From the NCBI RefSeq assembly GCF_023055435.1, contig NW_025963890.1, positions 59,024,001-59,088,000 on the forward strand: a stretch of DNA of 64,000 nucleotides. The letters are read 5' to 3'. The position numbers and the translations under genes are program-made. Source of the stretch: Haliotis rufescens. Taxonomy: Eukaryota. Below are positions 24,023-37,601 of the stretch, piece after piece; position 1 is the stretch's first letter; every line of letters starts with the position of its first letter. Under the pieces are notes generated by a model. It saw only the letters and a list, made by a program, of their open reading frames with translations, searched no databases and was not told where the DNA came from.

Positions 24023-24222
24023 TTGTTTGTTTGTTATTTAACGCCGCACTCACCAATATTTCAGCTATATGACGGCCGTCTGTAAATAGACGAGTCTGGA
24101 CCAGACAAGTCAGTGATTGACATCATGAGCATCGATCCACGCAATTGGGATACGATAACATGCATGAACCAAGTCAGCGATCCTGACCACCCGGTCCCGT
24201 TGGTCACCTCTTACGACAAGCA
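24023..24222 (-). mobile_element. Family D element
   Basis: Reverse complement of 13920-14115 including the (AAAC)n tail. Confidence 0.8.
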
Positions 24223-24551
24223 TAGTCTATAAAACGCGAACGCAAGAGAATAACCAGTCTAGAATATCAGTCGAAACAGATTCCTGTTTGCGTAAAATGC
24301 AAAATAGCCATGAACATTATATGAAATGGAACGTATATATGTATTACCTTGTTGCAAGCTAGACTGCATCCAATGGGATTCAGAGTCGAGTCGTTACCCA
24401 GTATATCATTTGTAGCAACGCCGTTAGGAAATAGGGTTCGATTGCTTTGTTATTCTCAGACCACAGTGAATATTGCTGATACAGAATAGACACAGAAACA
24501 ACTACACAAAGCGTTAGACAAAGGGATAAGAGACGAATTAACCCACAATAA

Positions 24552-25240
24552 GTTCGTACTGCTTCTTGCTTCATACTGCATCAAACTTCGTACTGCTTCA
24601 TGCTTCGTTCTGCTTCATGCTCCGTTCTGCTTCATGCTCCGTACTGCTTCTTGCTTGGTACTGCTTTATGCTTCGTGCTGCCTGATGCTTCGTACAGTTT
24701 CGCGCTTCGTTCTGCTTCATGCTTCGTACATCCTCGTATTTCGTTCTGCTTCGTGCTTCGTGTTGCTCCATGCTTCGTACTGCTTCGTGCTTCTTGCTTT
24801 GTACTGCATCTTGCTTTGTACTGCTTCATGTTTCGTACTGCTTCTTGCTTCATACTGCTTAATGGTTCGCACTGCTTCATGCTTCGTAATTCTATGCGCT
24901 TCGTGTTGCTTCATACGTGATACTTCTTCGTGCGTCTCGCTGTTTTGTGCCTCATACTGCTTCATGCTTCTTGCTTCGTACTGCTTCATGCTCGTACTAC
25001 TTCGTGCTTCGTACTGCTTCATGCTTCTTGCTTCGTATTGCATCGAGCTTCGTACTGCCTCTTTGTTGGTTAAGCTTCATGCTTCGTGCTTATGCTTTAT
25101 CTTTCGTACTGCTTCGAGCTTCGTACTGTTTCATGCTTTGTACTGCTTCATGCTTCGTACTGCTTAATGATTCATACTGCTTCATGCTTCGTATTGTTTC
25201 GAGCTGCTGCGTTCTTCGTAATACTTCGTACTTCGTAGCT
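24552..25240. repeat. Degenerate ~17-bp minisatellite (CTTCGTACTGCTTCATG)n
   Basis: Directly visible; produces spurious ORFs in several frames. Confidence 0.9.
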
Positions 25241-25261
25241 TGTTGCTATTGTGCTTGACTA

Positions 25262-26575
25262 GATAAAATTCCATACAAAGAGAGATTTATTGCTGGGTCC
25301 ATCAAATATACCACCAACTACTTTTCGCAAAGATAAACCATAGGTCTAAATACCATCATGGAATGACTTTCTACATATTCACAGACAGTATTTGAAACAG
25401 GAGGAATTAAAACCATGTGGATTCTCAAAATCTCAAATTAATTACTTGAATCTCACAAAAGAACCAAGTTCAATAATGTCAAAACATTTGACTTTGTACA
25501 CAACTATCCGTATGACAAACATAAAAGTTTAATTCTATTGGGTATTTTGCACTGAACTAAGTGACCATAGATATATCTCCAAAGGTTCAGGAAATTGTCA
25601 AAAATTATAGCAATTGACATTAAAGTTTCCTGAGAAAACAATATGTGAAAACTGCGCTTTCTCTCAGATGACATCCATGTGAAGTGCGGGATTAGGACAT
25701 TCGGGCAAGAAGTGGGCATCCCCATAGGCACCAATTGTGATCCCCTTCTTGCTCGTCTGTTTCTTCATACTTACGCTTCAGATTTTCGTCTCCGATTGTC
25801 AAATTTAAACAAGGCAATCCACCAAGAAGTTCAATTTCAGCCTCGGGTTTGTCTATGATCTGATGATATCTCTCAATAATTCTCATATAGCTAATTCCCT
25901 TCCACTGATTTACCCACCTGAGTGAGAACCTAAAGAGGAGTGTGAAGCCGCCTCATTTATTTCATATTTAGTGAGTGAGTGAGTGAGTGAATATGGTTTT
26001 ACGCCGCTTTTAGCAATATTCCAGCAATATCACGGCGGGGGACACCAGAAATGGGCTTCACACATTGTACCCATGTCGGGAATCGAACCCGGGTCTTCGG
26101 CGTGACGAGCGAACGCTTTAACCACTAGGCTACCCGACCGCCCCTATTTCATATTTAGAGTGAGAAAAATTCTGCAAAAGACCGTATGATAAGAGGGATG
26201 ATTTCAACTTTCAAATAGTCAACTTTCCCTTTATGTCGAAAAATATTCCAGTAGCTCTAGCCTTTGGTGTCCACATTTCGCGAAATTTTAGGTATAATCG
26301 AGCGTGTTCCTTCCAAGAAATATTCATAGAACGTCATACAACTCTTGCTTAAATTCAAACATTCAAAACCTTAGTAAAGCTTTCAAAAGATTTTATGGTA
26401 GACATGTGGAGGGCACGTCCAAATTTGACGAATCAGTGATGTCCGATGCAGTCCGATGCAGTTCTCTATTTTAAATTGTACGATATGTTCCCGTGACTTG
26501 CCTTTACATGTGTTTGAGACGGGTGTCACCTGCGAAGCAGGACATACTCAATATTTCGCGAACACCTGGTATCCT
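25262..26575 (+). mobile_element. Decayed Penelope-like element reverse transcriptase (probably Naiad-type)
   Basis: Broken frames in order: KIPYKERFIAGS, MWILK, VKTFDF, QEVGIPIGTNCDPLLARLFLHTY, IYPPE, YDKRDDFNFQIVNFPFMSKNIPVALAFGVHIS..RYNRACS. Confidence 0.8.
25972..26144 (-). mobile_element. SINE family A inserted in the Penelope-like remnant
   Basis: 14-bp TSD TATTTCATATTTAG at 25958-25971 and 26145-26158. Confidence 0.93.
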
Positions 26576-28290
26576 CAACATTTGAAACAGACTCATAAAC
26601 ACATGGTTATGATATTGCTGGATTCATCAGTGGACTTTGCTTTTAGTGGACATTTTCTTAACATGATTATGAAAAAATGGTTTTATTTATGTACGATTCT
26701 CCCCACACGTGCGTCGAAGGCTCAATTTCAGTGGCGCAGTGAAGTGTAGAGAGTTTAAACAATATGTGCCATACTTACTTTACGGATTCGCTACATCGTG
26801 CAAATTAAGTTATAACATTAATATATATAACGACCATTGTTACCCGATAGTCTAATTACATTGCTTGTACTATATAAGATTAAATTATTTCACATACGAA
26901 CATCCATTAAATGCATATTATTAATCTTTATGTTTTGCAGCTGATTATGGTACTTTTTATAAGGTATTAACATTTTTATGGTTCTTTTACTGCGCATCTT
27001 CTCAATGTGGAGTAAAGTCCAGTGTACTACTGTTCGTTTACATAACTGTTTTATTCAATTCTCATTACTATGATAGTTTAAATTTATATGACCTGCGAAT
27101 AACGATAAATGCACCCACCGCGCTAATTTTTGTGTCATCATGATTGTTTTCGTTTTCTTGTTATGTTACAACGGGTCAGCCTAATGTGGGAGTTAGTGGA
27201 CTCTTACCATTTGGTCAATCATGAAGCAAACAAGCATGGGGTCGGTGCTGAGAGACCAAGGGTCATAATCAGGACGAATCTTGAATCCATATAAACGAGC
27301 AGAAGATCATGACGTACTGGTACCCAGTGTGAACATTAAACAGAACAGAATCAATGACTTCCTTAACATCTTGCGACCGAACATCACCGCACCTTTAAGC
27401 TACAGGTGTTGTTACTTATTGATGTCATTGTTGTCCTTGCTTTTTTTCAACGAAATATCGTATTGATATTGTGGTTGTGTTAATATTCGTTGTGTTGTCT
27501 TTACTAAAATTGTGTATTCATGGGGAAACTGAGAGGATGTATGTCCACAGTACAACACAATTACGTGATATGTGTTTCTTTCAAAATGAATGTATGTTCG
27601 ATGCAATAATGTTATTAATGTAACATTTGATTATTTGTGTGTCTATCCACATATGCTGAAAACAATCTTTAGCGAATGTCTTTACTCAGACGAGGGTGCG
27701 TGTGGTTGTGATATGAGTGAATGTTGCCTCGGGAATAAGTCAAGGTGCCTTTAATGATATTGAAACGAAACAAGACAACCAATAGTCTTAGTTGCGTGAA
27801 CCGTGTCATGTCTTGGGGGTACGACGACATACTCCTGTAAGAATACATTGTCAATGAAAATAAACCACACGCAAGTCTTAGTAGTGTGTTTTATTCATTT
27901 TATTCTAATATTGCACATGTAACAAAGTGGGACAATAGCAATGAATGAGTTTCATAGACACCATAATATCAACAATTAAATATGCACAACGTTTCACAAA
28001 GCAGACCAATAACGTTAATCAGTCTCAATCATTCGGTAAAACACATTTTACAGTCACATAACAGTAATGACACATCATGCCCTCTCATTCGCACTAGGGA
28101 TCTGGCAAGTGGCATAATATGAGATTCGATCTCGATGTTTTCGATTTGATCTCGAGTCAAATACTCATGATCACTTATAACACGGTAGTTTACAGTAAGT
28201 CCTTTGAAATATGACATCTTAATAAAAACGCCCATATCTCACTATATATTAGCATATATCACAGAATGTGTGTCAATGTTCAGCAACATT

Positions 28291-30225
28291 CTATACTTTG
28301 TCTGATGAAATTGTGCTGCGTTGTTTGAACACATGTCGAGCAGTAGATCGTGAACTCCTCAGACGCCTCCAAGCGTAGTCATAGGACTTTATCATGGAGG
28401 CTGTTTTGACGTGGTATGATGCTCTTCTGTACACCACCCTCCGCACATAGACACTGCAGTCCTGAGACACAACGTTGTTCACCTGAGCTCTGACAAGTTT
28501 GTTTCCAAGAAGCCGTGTTTCCCAATTAACATTATTGGGAATATAGTGGCAGAACTTACTGAATACCACACACCTTCGTCCGTACCGGATGGACTGAACA
28601 CCGATCTCATAGAAAGCTGGCTTATTGTTCTCAGACTTGAAGATTGTCTTCTTTCTGAATCCAGGGTTGGCACCCCGTCTTTTCTCCCATTGTGCATCCT
28701 GTTTGAGTGGGACGTCAGGGGAGATAACTTTGACCCACGGTGACCAGTCCATGTTTCTCAAGCTGAAGTTGTTCTCAAAGACTTCCTCTCTTCTCAGAAG
28801 AGGTGTCACAAACTTTGTAGGTTTCTGGAATAATACATTATATATAATGAATCTATGAAGATATGGTCATACCTTTAAAGTTCCAAAAGGGTATACCTTT
28901 AATCGATAAATGCGATCGTTATCAGCAGTATGAGAAAGAAATGAACAACTGTGTATGTCATTATTACTTGGAAAGAAACGTATCTGAAATATACCTTCAG
29001 TGATTTAGTTCCTGGTCTCCTGGTGGATTTAGGTTTGGCCTTTCGAACTGCTGTGATTGATGTGGTTTTCTTTAAGGTGGGGATCTTCACATCTTTCTTA
29101 CTGCAACCGGTTGTGGTCTTCTTTGGCGATGAAAGTGAGGCTACTCCATCACGTAGTGAGGTAAACATTCCTTCCATGTCTTTGCTGAGGGCACCTTCAC
29201 CACAACGAGTTCGAACTTCTTTCTCGTACACCTGAAATGACATATACAAATGTCAAAACAGGAATACACGGAAAACATATTCGGTAAGGAAAGTAAACTA
29301 AATATATTATGAGAAAAGTATATATGTTTATAAACAATATAATCGAAGAGCAAACTTACATCAAACATATCTGCCCCGTTCTCCCTGTAGCAGATGGCCA
29401 TGAGGAAGTCGAAGACATTGGAAAAGCTGTCGAGTTGAAGATGGCGTCCCCCTGTCTCCTGTGACATTCTCTTGTAGAATTCCATGCTGCCACATCCGCG
29501 CTCTACCCCATATATCTTCACTCCCTGGAAACGAATGGGATGTTTCAATGTATTTGCTGTACATTTGACTTATGTTAGCATGATGCAATTCTGAATGAAC
29601 TCGATTTGTATTATCCCCAGCTGACAATCAAACTCAAAATGCAATTCGACATTGTATTGAGAATTTGAATGTCTTGAAAAATAGCATTTCTTAGTGATGT
29701 TAAGAATTGAATGTCTTGAAAAATAGCATTTCTTAGTGATGTTAAGAATTTAATTTGGCTAAAGTAAAATTAGCTCACCATTTTATTGAGAGTTTGAATC
29801 TCCTCCCTCCAGTCTATCTTGAGTTTGTTGTCGGGGTAGTCTGGTTCATGGGGGTTGGCGTCCCCGATCATGACGAGGGCACGATTGGATCCGGGTGTCC
29901 ATGACAACTCCTCCCCAACTTGTCTGAGAACGAGTTCGTAACATTCGTCCGAGTCTCCGCCTCCAGTGCTGCTGACGTTGTTTACAAAGTCACATAGTTC
30001 CTTAACGTCTGTGGAAAAGTCGATCCACTTTGTGATGTAGTTGTGTTTGTCACAATAGTCCCCGTGTGCGAAGACGGCAATTCTGATGGCGGGGATGTCA
30101 GCCTGGAGCCGCTGTATCATGTCCTGGAGTCGACCTCTGACTTCAACGAGACAGCTGCTCATGGAGCCGGTTGTGTCAAAGGAGAAGACATTCTCCGGAA
30201 GTCCACCAGGAGGAAGCAAAGCCAT
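28291..30225 (-). CDS. VWA-ET-like protein copy 2 (type A), 460 aa; coding exons 30225-29779, 29524-29360, 29231-28995, 28824-28291
   Basis: Open spliced frame with canonical splice sites; paralogous to copies 1 and 3-7. Confidence 0.88.
29665..29748. repeat. 42-bp tandem duplication private to an intron of copy 2
   Basis: TTGAATGTCTTGAAAAATAGCATTTCTTAGTGATGTTAAGAA x2; single in copies 4, 5 and 6. Confidence 0.85.
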
Positions 30226-30779
30226 GTTGAATCTGTTGAAATATTCAGAACAATTGAGTGTACATGTATACAAGAAGTTTTACTTTTGAAATTGATACAG
30301 CTTTATACCCATTAATTCTGGCAGTGTAAATACTTATAAAAATGTTTTAAAAATCCAAGTTTTTGTTCATTTTAGTTTTAATGTTTATATTCTCAAGTAA
30401 AACAATATATTTCAATTTTTAACAAAGTCAATTCAGAAACAAGAATGTTGGTTTCTTTAAAATATTTGCAAAGGTTATTTCCGTAAGTATGCTATAATTT
30501 ATTTTTATAGATATAGAAAAATGTTTTCACGTTATAAATACATATGATTTAATAATTTACGCTTTTCTTATAAAATAGATATAGATGTGTAAGTTATTTG
30601 GAGACGATTTCCTCGCTTTCAGACCAGTACTATATACACCATCACTGTTAATATGTTCCTCAAGTTACCTGTTTTGAAATGGTGACAGTAGTTATATAGT
30701 TCTTGTGCTATATTTCCACGCTGCTGTCAAACGTAGTTTATATCTATTCAAGTCTTTCAACTGTAGTGTGTGTCACTAG

Positions 30780-31225
30780 ACTGATCTTACTCAGCAGCCA
30801 GCTCGCTTTTATACTGGCTGAGAGGCGATCAATGGGAGCTCGCTGAGACTTGTCGTGGTTGGCATGTTAAGACCTGTTCCGTGGTTGTGTTTAGAAGAGC
30901 AGGCGATGTTCATGTCTATGCGTTTCAATATATGCTTCTGTTTGTAAAGTAACAAAATCAACTGATTAATCATTTGAAGATACATGTAATCGGGGAATTA
31001 TTAAGCACCTTGGACTTTCGGAAATGTGCCCTCTTTGAAATGTCTCATATTCTGAATCGACACGTGAAACATACGTGCAGAAACAGATGAACATACTCTC
31101 TCAAACACATTATTTATATCAATGCTCCTTACACTGTCTGTCGGAAGATATTTTGGTTGGAGACGGTTTATAGCTGCAATGTACAGAGTTTGTATATTGT
31201 AGATGACGTCACTGCTTCGCGGAAT
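30780..31225 (-). promoter_or_regulatory. Promoter of copy 2: TATA 30807-30813, p53-type half-sites 30846-30879, CRE+GAS-like 31204-31225
   Basis: Motifs conserved across paralogues; exon-1 donor at 30668. Confidence 0.6.
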
Positions 31226-34200
31226 GCTTTACTCACACAGCAAACTATCGATAATATTCTCAGTAATAAAACACATGAATCTTGTAGATGTTTCTGTGGC
31301 ATAACTATTGTCGTTAATTGATCGTGTGTATGTACTACACTGGAAAACATCATCCCTTCCAGTTGATTATCCTATGATTGTGTAAACCATCATGAGGTGT
31401 GAATATACATTGTTGTGTTCCATTTGGAGAATACTTTGTCGTGTCAAACTTTCCCTGTGAAGCGTTGCTGTGTTGTAATTTCAATAATATATGTCGGCCC
31501 TAAATGAAAAACTCTATTTTATATGTATCACAACAATGAACACTTTCTCTGAGATAATTTCGTACTATAAGGCGTTTTAATTACTTTGTGCGCGGATTCG
31601 CAGGCGATTTTTAACACATGTAAAAAACACCATGATGTTTGTATCTTTGACAGTGTTTGTCAATGTATTTCAGGAATAGAAACAGTTGTTTTCATAATCA
31701 ATATAGGACGCGAAGTATCTCTTTGTAAAATGAAGAGACACATTTAATTTTCTTTCTATTTCACGAGATAATAATACTTTTCAGAAAGCTCTATTTCCTT
31801 ACATGTAAAATATATTTACTTTTATTTCCACTCCCGAGAATACGTTTTAAAAATATATCAATAAACCAAGTTATTCAAAATAACAACATTGACCAGTTTT
31901 CATGACATATATTAATAATACTCCTGCGACCAGATTTGAAGTATCAGCTGTATTACCGTGGCCAGTTTCCTTGATATTTACACCTGGAAAAGAATTTAAG
32001 CAATACATGTTTCATGTTTACATATATCCTGAACTGCCGTTAATCTTTAGGAAATATCTACACATAACATTGATTTCATTTTGATGAAAGTTGAAGAAAC
32101 GCCGATGTCTGCTATGAAGTTAGTTCAAGAGAATGCCATATCGTAAGATACAAGGAAGTTGATGAAGCAAATGAAAGGGTAGTCAAATTCCACGGAACAG
32201 TTACAAAACATGTTATTAGATTATCGATTTCAGTTTCTGTATTTCAGTATGGGCTTGTCGCTGTGTAATCAATGAAGGGGTTGCGTAAGAACATTAATAC
32301 CGGATGCGATTTTGAAACAAGCAGTGTTTTCCATGATATATGTCGGAAACAAAATAAATTTTGCTCAGTTTCATAACATTAATCTAAGCATGAACACTTT
32401 CTGGTCTTTTAAAAGTTATAAAACGTATGATATATAATATGTTGATATACATCTTCCGACATGGAAATGTGGTGATTGTACATTCAGGAAATGCGTTCAC
32501 GACTTGAGGAACATATCTCTCAAACACGTTATTTACCTTCGTTTCTCCTCACACGCGAGTCTAGGACTCGGTTTCATTGAGCAGCGCAGTGTAGTGAAGC
32601 GAGTTTAGGAAGAATGTGTGACGTATTTACTTCGCGGATTGTTATGCTCAGTCATCAGTTCTACTGTTAATACAACACCATTACACACTGATTTAATTTG
32701 GTAGTGTCTGTGAATTTATTTTAGTAACAGAAACAGTTGTTTTCATAATCAATATAGGATGCGAAGTAACTTTTTGTAAAATGAAGAGACACGTTAAATT
32801 TTCTTTATATTTCACGAGACGGCAGATGATAATACTTTTCAGAAAACTCTTTTTCCTTACATGTAAAATATACTTACTTTTATTTCCACTCCCGAGAATA
32901 CGTTTTAAAATATATCAATAAACCAAGTTATTAAAAATAACATTTACTTCGCGGATTGTTATGCTCAGTCAGCAGTTCTACTGTCAGTGCAACAATGATT
33001 ACACACCGATTTAATTTTCAAACTCAATATATTAGATGCAGAAAACAGGAAAAGCAAATCACAGCAAATTTTGACTGAATCATGCGTGCAAAATGTGCGA
33101 TAAATTACATTGTACAAATTGCGATGAAACATGAATATATTTTAAGGTATGTAAATTACGAACAAACATAAGATGCAATTTGGTCCTTTTATTTATGTCA
33201 TAACGTTATTTTTTAACCTAATGCATGTATTCGGGTATTTATATTTGCAAGGTTATAAAACTGCGCATTATCTCAAGGTGGGAGGACAGCCCAATGCATT
33301 TCAGTTCGTGGATGTTAACATAAGTGTTTCATTATAAGCGAGTTACAATGAAGGAATACGTAATGCCTGTCATTTTAGGAGGTATAAAGTATTAACTGAA
33401 TGCTAATTGGAAGGAAATACATGTCTAAGCCAACAAACGATGTATGTATATATGCGTTGATGTGTACACATATGCATGGCGTTGTAACATCCCTGTGTTA
33501 CATTGTCGAGAATATAAGGCGGCTCATCAAAAACATATCCTGTTTTGACGAGTTTCTTCAACATAAATTAGCAATACCACAAAAGAGATATAGTAATGCT
33601 GTAAGGCTTCTATTATTACTTTGTTTACTTATTCGACGACCAAACATTTTCTTCTGCGTAACTTATTTTAGAAATAAAAAACCCTTAAGGATGATGAATA
33701 AAACAAGAACTAACAATCACCATTTCTTTTCATTTTTTCTTTATTTCATCACGAGGACAATAACTTCCTGAAAACACTTAAATTATGATTTAGTATTTTA
33801 ATTTTATTTCAACCACTGATCCTACGTTTTAAAAAACAACAACCTTAACCTAGTGACTCAAAATAACTGCAAAACGTGGTCTAGTTTTCATGAAATAAAT
33901 GTTATTAGCAGTACTATAGCTACATGCTTCCATATGAAATATCAGTTATTATTATGTATTAAGTGTTGAAAAACTGTTTACTCCCAAATACAAATCGATA
34001 TTTCTGTTGAGTGACACATAACGCTTTATGCTGGAACTACTTTAAGTCTTCCTGAATGACAATCATTACAGATTAATATCATGAAATAAAATACATATTA
34101 ATAACTAAAACAGTTACATAAGATGCAATTTGGTCCTATTAATTATGTCATACCGTTATTTTTTCACCTAATGCATGTATTCGGGTATTTACATTTGTAA

Positions 34201-35236
34201 TGTTATCAAACTCATCTCAAGGTGGGAGGACAGCCCAATGCATTTCAGTTCATGGATGTTAACATATTAAGTGTTTCAGTATATGCGAGTTACAATATAG
34301 GAGTTAAAACTCATATGACATGTGAATATGAATAAATGCAAAGGAGTGCTCATAGCTAGATCTTATTATATATATATGATTTTCATTGTACACCAATTTA
34401 ATTTCCAAACTCAATACATTAGATGCAGAGAACAGGAATAGCACATCACTGCAAATTTTGACTAAATAATGCATGCAAAATGTGCAGTAAATACATTGTA
34501 CACAATTGAGATGAAACATGAATACATTCTATATTCTTTTGACTATGTAAGTGAAATATCATGCTGGAAAGCGTAACAACAAGAACGGCTGTTCGTTTTG
34601 TTCCTTACGATGTCTTTACTCAAAGAGATATGGAAGTCGGGGCTGGATTTGGGGGGTTGTGATATGAGTGAATGTTGCTATATGTCCATGCCAGGGCGCA
34701 TTAAATGAAACTGAATCGAGACAACGGATAGTTGAGGTCTTCAGTGTGAAACAAACGCCACGTTTCGGGGGCAGGAGGACGCACTCTTGTAAGTACACAT
34801 TTTCAAAGAAAATAAAGTTTATGCAAGTCTTATTAGTTTGTTTTATTCATTCTTATTCTGATATTGCACATGTTAAAATGAAGTATAGACTGTAGGTCAA
34901 TGAATGATATGAATTTATATCAGCGTAATATGAACAATCAAATATATACAGCGTTTCACATAACAGGAAAATAACGTTCATCTGTCCATCATTCGGTAGA
35001 ACACACACATTCTCATTCACGCACTTTAATGACACATCATGCCCTCTCATTTACATAAAATATCTGGCAAGTTGTATGATATGAGATTCGATCTCAATGT
35101 TTTCCAAAGTTATATACTTATGAATTTAACCTCTTATGTGTCAGTGTTTTCCAGAATGTCCTTTGATATATGGCATGTTAAGAAAAATGTCCATATCTCC
35201 GTATCTGTTAGTATTGCGTCAATGTTCAGAAACATT

Positions 35237-37122
35237 CTATACTTTGTCTGATGAAATTGTGCTACCTTGTTTGAACACATGTCGAGCAGTAGATCGTGAA
35301 CTCCTCAGACGTCTCCATGCGTAGTCATAGGACTTTATCATGGAGGCTGTTTTGGCATGGTATGATGCTCTTCTGTACACCACCCTCCGCATATAGACAC
35401 TGCAGTCCTGAGACACAACGTTGTTCACCTGAGCTCTGACAAGTTTGTTTCCAAGAAGCCGTGTTTCCCAATTAACATTATTGGGAATATAGTGGCAGAA
35501 CTTACTGAATACCACACACCTTCGTCCGTACCGGATGGACTGAACACCGATCTCATAGAGAGCTGGCTTATTGTTCTCAGACTTGAAGATTGTCTTCTTT
35601 CTGAATCCAGGGCTGGCACCCCGTCTTTTCTCCCATTGTGCATCCTGTTTGAGTGGAACGTCAGGGGAGATAACTTTGACCCACGGTGACCAGTCCATGT
35701 TTCTCAAGCTGAAGTTGTTCTCAAAGACTTCCTCTCTTCTCAGAACTGGTATCACAAACTTTGTTGATTTCTGGAATAATATAGTGTATTATGAGACTCC
35801 TTGACATGATCATAGCCTAACACAATGAAAACAAGAATTAAACACTGTGATCGCGCATTTAAAAACAATTGAGAGAATATTTTACCTTGAACGATTTCTT
35901 TCTTGGCTTTCTGATGGATTTAGGTTTGGGCTTTCTGACTCTTTGAATGGATGTTATTTTCTTTAAGGTGGGAACCTTCACATCTTTCTTAGCGGCACTG
36001 ATTGTAATCGTTGTCTTTGGTGGAGAAGGGGAGACAATTCCATCACGTAGGGATGTAAACATTCCTTCCATGTCTTTGCTGAGGGCACCATCAGCGCAAC
36101 GGGCTCGAACCTCTTTCTCGTACACCTGATAAGGGCAAATAATCATTGATGAAAGGAGTTTTATAACAACGAATATCACACAATTAAAATGACAGCCGCT
36201 CTACGGATTTTAAAGTGGTGCAGTTATTTCAACTTACATGAAGAATCTCTGCCCCCTGTTCCCTGTAGCAGATGGCCATAAGGAAGTCAAAGATGTTTGT
36301 AAAGTTTTCCAATTTAAGATGCCGACCTCCTGTCTTGTTGGAAATGGTTTCGTAGAACGTCGTATTGCCCGTGTCGCACTGAACTCCATAGATTTTCACT
36401 CCCTGAAATTAATATTAATATATAGAATAAGTGAATGAACATCGTTGTGTCGAATTTACGGTTGTTGTGGCGAAGCAAAAGCAAGGTCCCTGCACCTTTC
36501 TTATTCATTCATCATTTTCGTGTTAAAACCCGGATAACTTTACTCGGATACATTTACGTGAGTCCCTTCAATGTTGACTCAAAGGTGTTTGACTGGTGAG
36601 TGTCGTGTTCTTATTATTTGATTTATGTCTGAAAATGACCACAACCTGGAAATTAATAGAAATCCAACACACCATTTCATTCAGAGTTTGTGTCTCCTTT
36701 CTCCAGTCTATTTTTAGTTTATTGGCTTTGAAGTTTGGTTCGTGGGGCTTGTCGTCCCCGACGACGACGAGAACACGGTTAGATCCTGGTGTCCATGACA
36801 ACTCCTCCCTAACTTGTCGGAGAACAAGCTCGTAACACTCGCCGTAGTCGTAATCGCCTCCTGTATCTTCAACGTTCATGACGAAGTCGCAGAGCCCTTT
36901 GACGTCAGTGGAGAAGTCGATCCATTTTGTGACATATGTGGATTTGGTGCAGTAGTCACCGTGTGCGAAGACGGCGATTCTGACGGCGGGGATGTCAGCC
37001 TGGAGCCGCTGTATCATGTCCTGGAGTCGACCTCTGACTTCGGCGAGACAGTCGCACATGGAGCCAGTAGTGTCAAAGGAGAAAACAATCTCCGGAAGTC
37101 CACCAGGAGGAAGCAAAGCCAT
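35237..37122 (-). CDS. VWA-ET-like protein copy 3 (type B), 462 aa; coding exons 37122-36673, 36402-36238, 36125-35886, 35770-35237
   Basis: Open spliced frame; distinct VWA loops (MCDCL, YCTKSTY, DTGGDYDYGE). Confidence 0.88.
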
Positions 37123-37601
37123 TTTGAACCTGTGGAAAATTAAAACACAACTACATTAATACATACATACATGAAAGTATATTTGTAATATCGATTCAGT
37201 TTCATTACTAACCCTTGCAGCGGAAATGCTGAAGTAATTACATTAATTGTCTTGTTCATTTTAAGGTTATCCTAAAAGAAGACATTGAAAGTTTTCCTGT
37301 CAAGGTTTATTGAGAAATCACAATCTTGTTGTCTTTTCTAAGTCAAGGTAATTTACATTAGCATACTATAACTATTTGTATTATATTTAGAAAACATGTG
37401 TTTACGTTACGTTACGTAAATTTATCAAATAATTGATCTTTTTCTTTAAAAATAGTTATTGTGGAATGTGTTCCACAAGTTACCTTTTTTGAATGATGAC
37501 AGTAGATATTTAGTTGTTGTTTTTTTATTTCCCCGGTGCTATTAAATGCCTTTTTAGATATACCAACGCCTTCCAACTGCTAGCGAGTGACTTGTGTGTA
37601 G

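Noticed and set aside
24600-25258. Cys/Phe/Leu-rich ORFs up to 177 aa
   Set aside because: Translations of a minisatellite that is open in several frames on both strands.
30226-30273. Upstream in-frame ATG extension MYTCTL.. (also in copies 4-6)
   Set aside because: It lies in intron 1, upstream of the conserved CAG acceptor; copies 1 and 3 start at MALLP.
33400-33771. Recurrent plus-strand spacer ORFs (also 46825, 48166, 53395, 54736)
   Set aside because: They recur only because the spacer is duplicated; frames break between units and no domain is recognisable.
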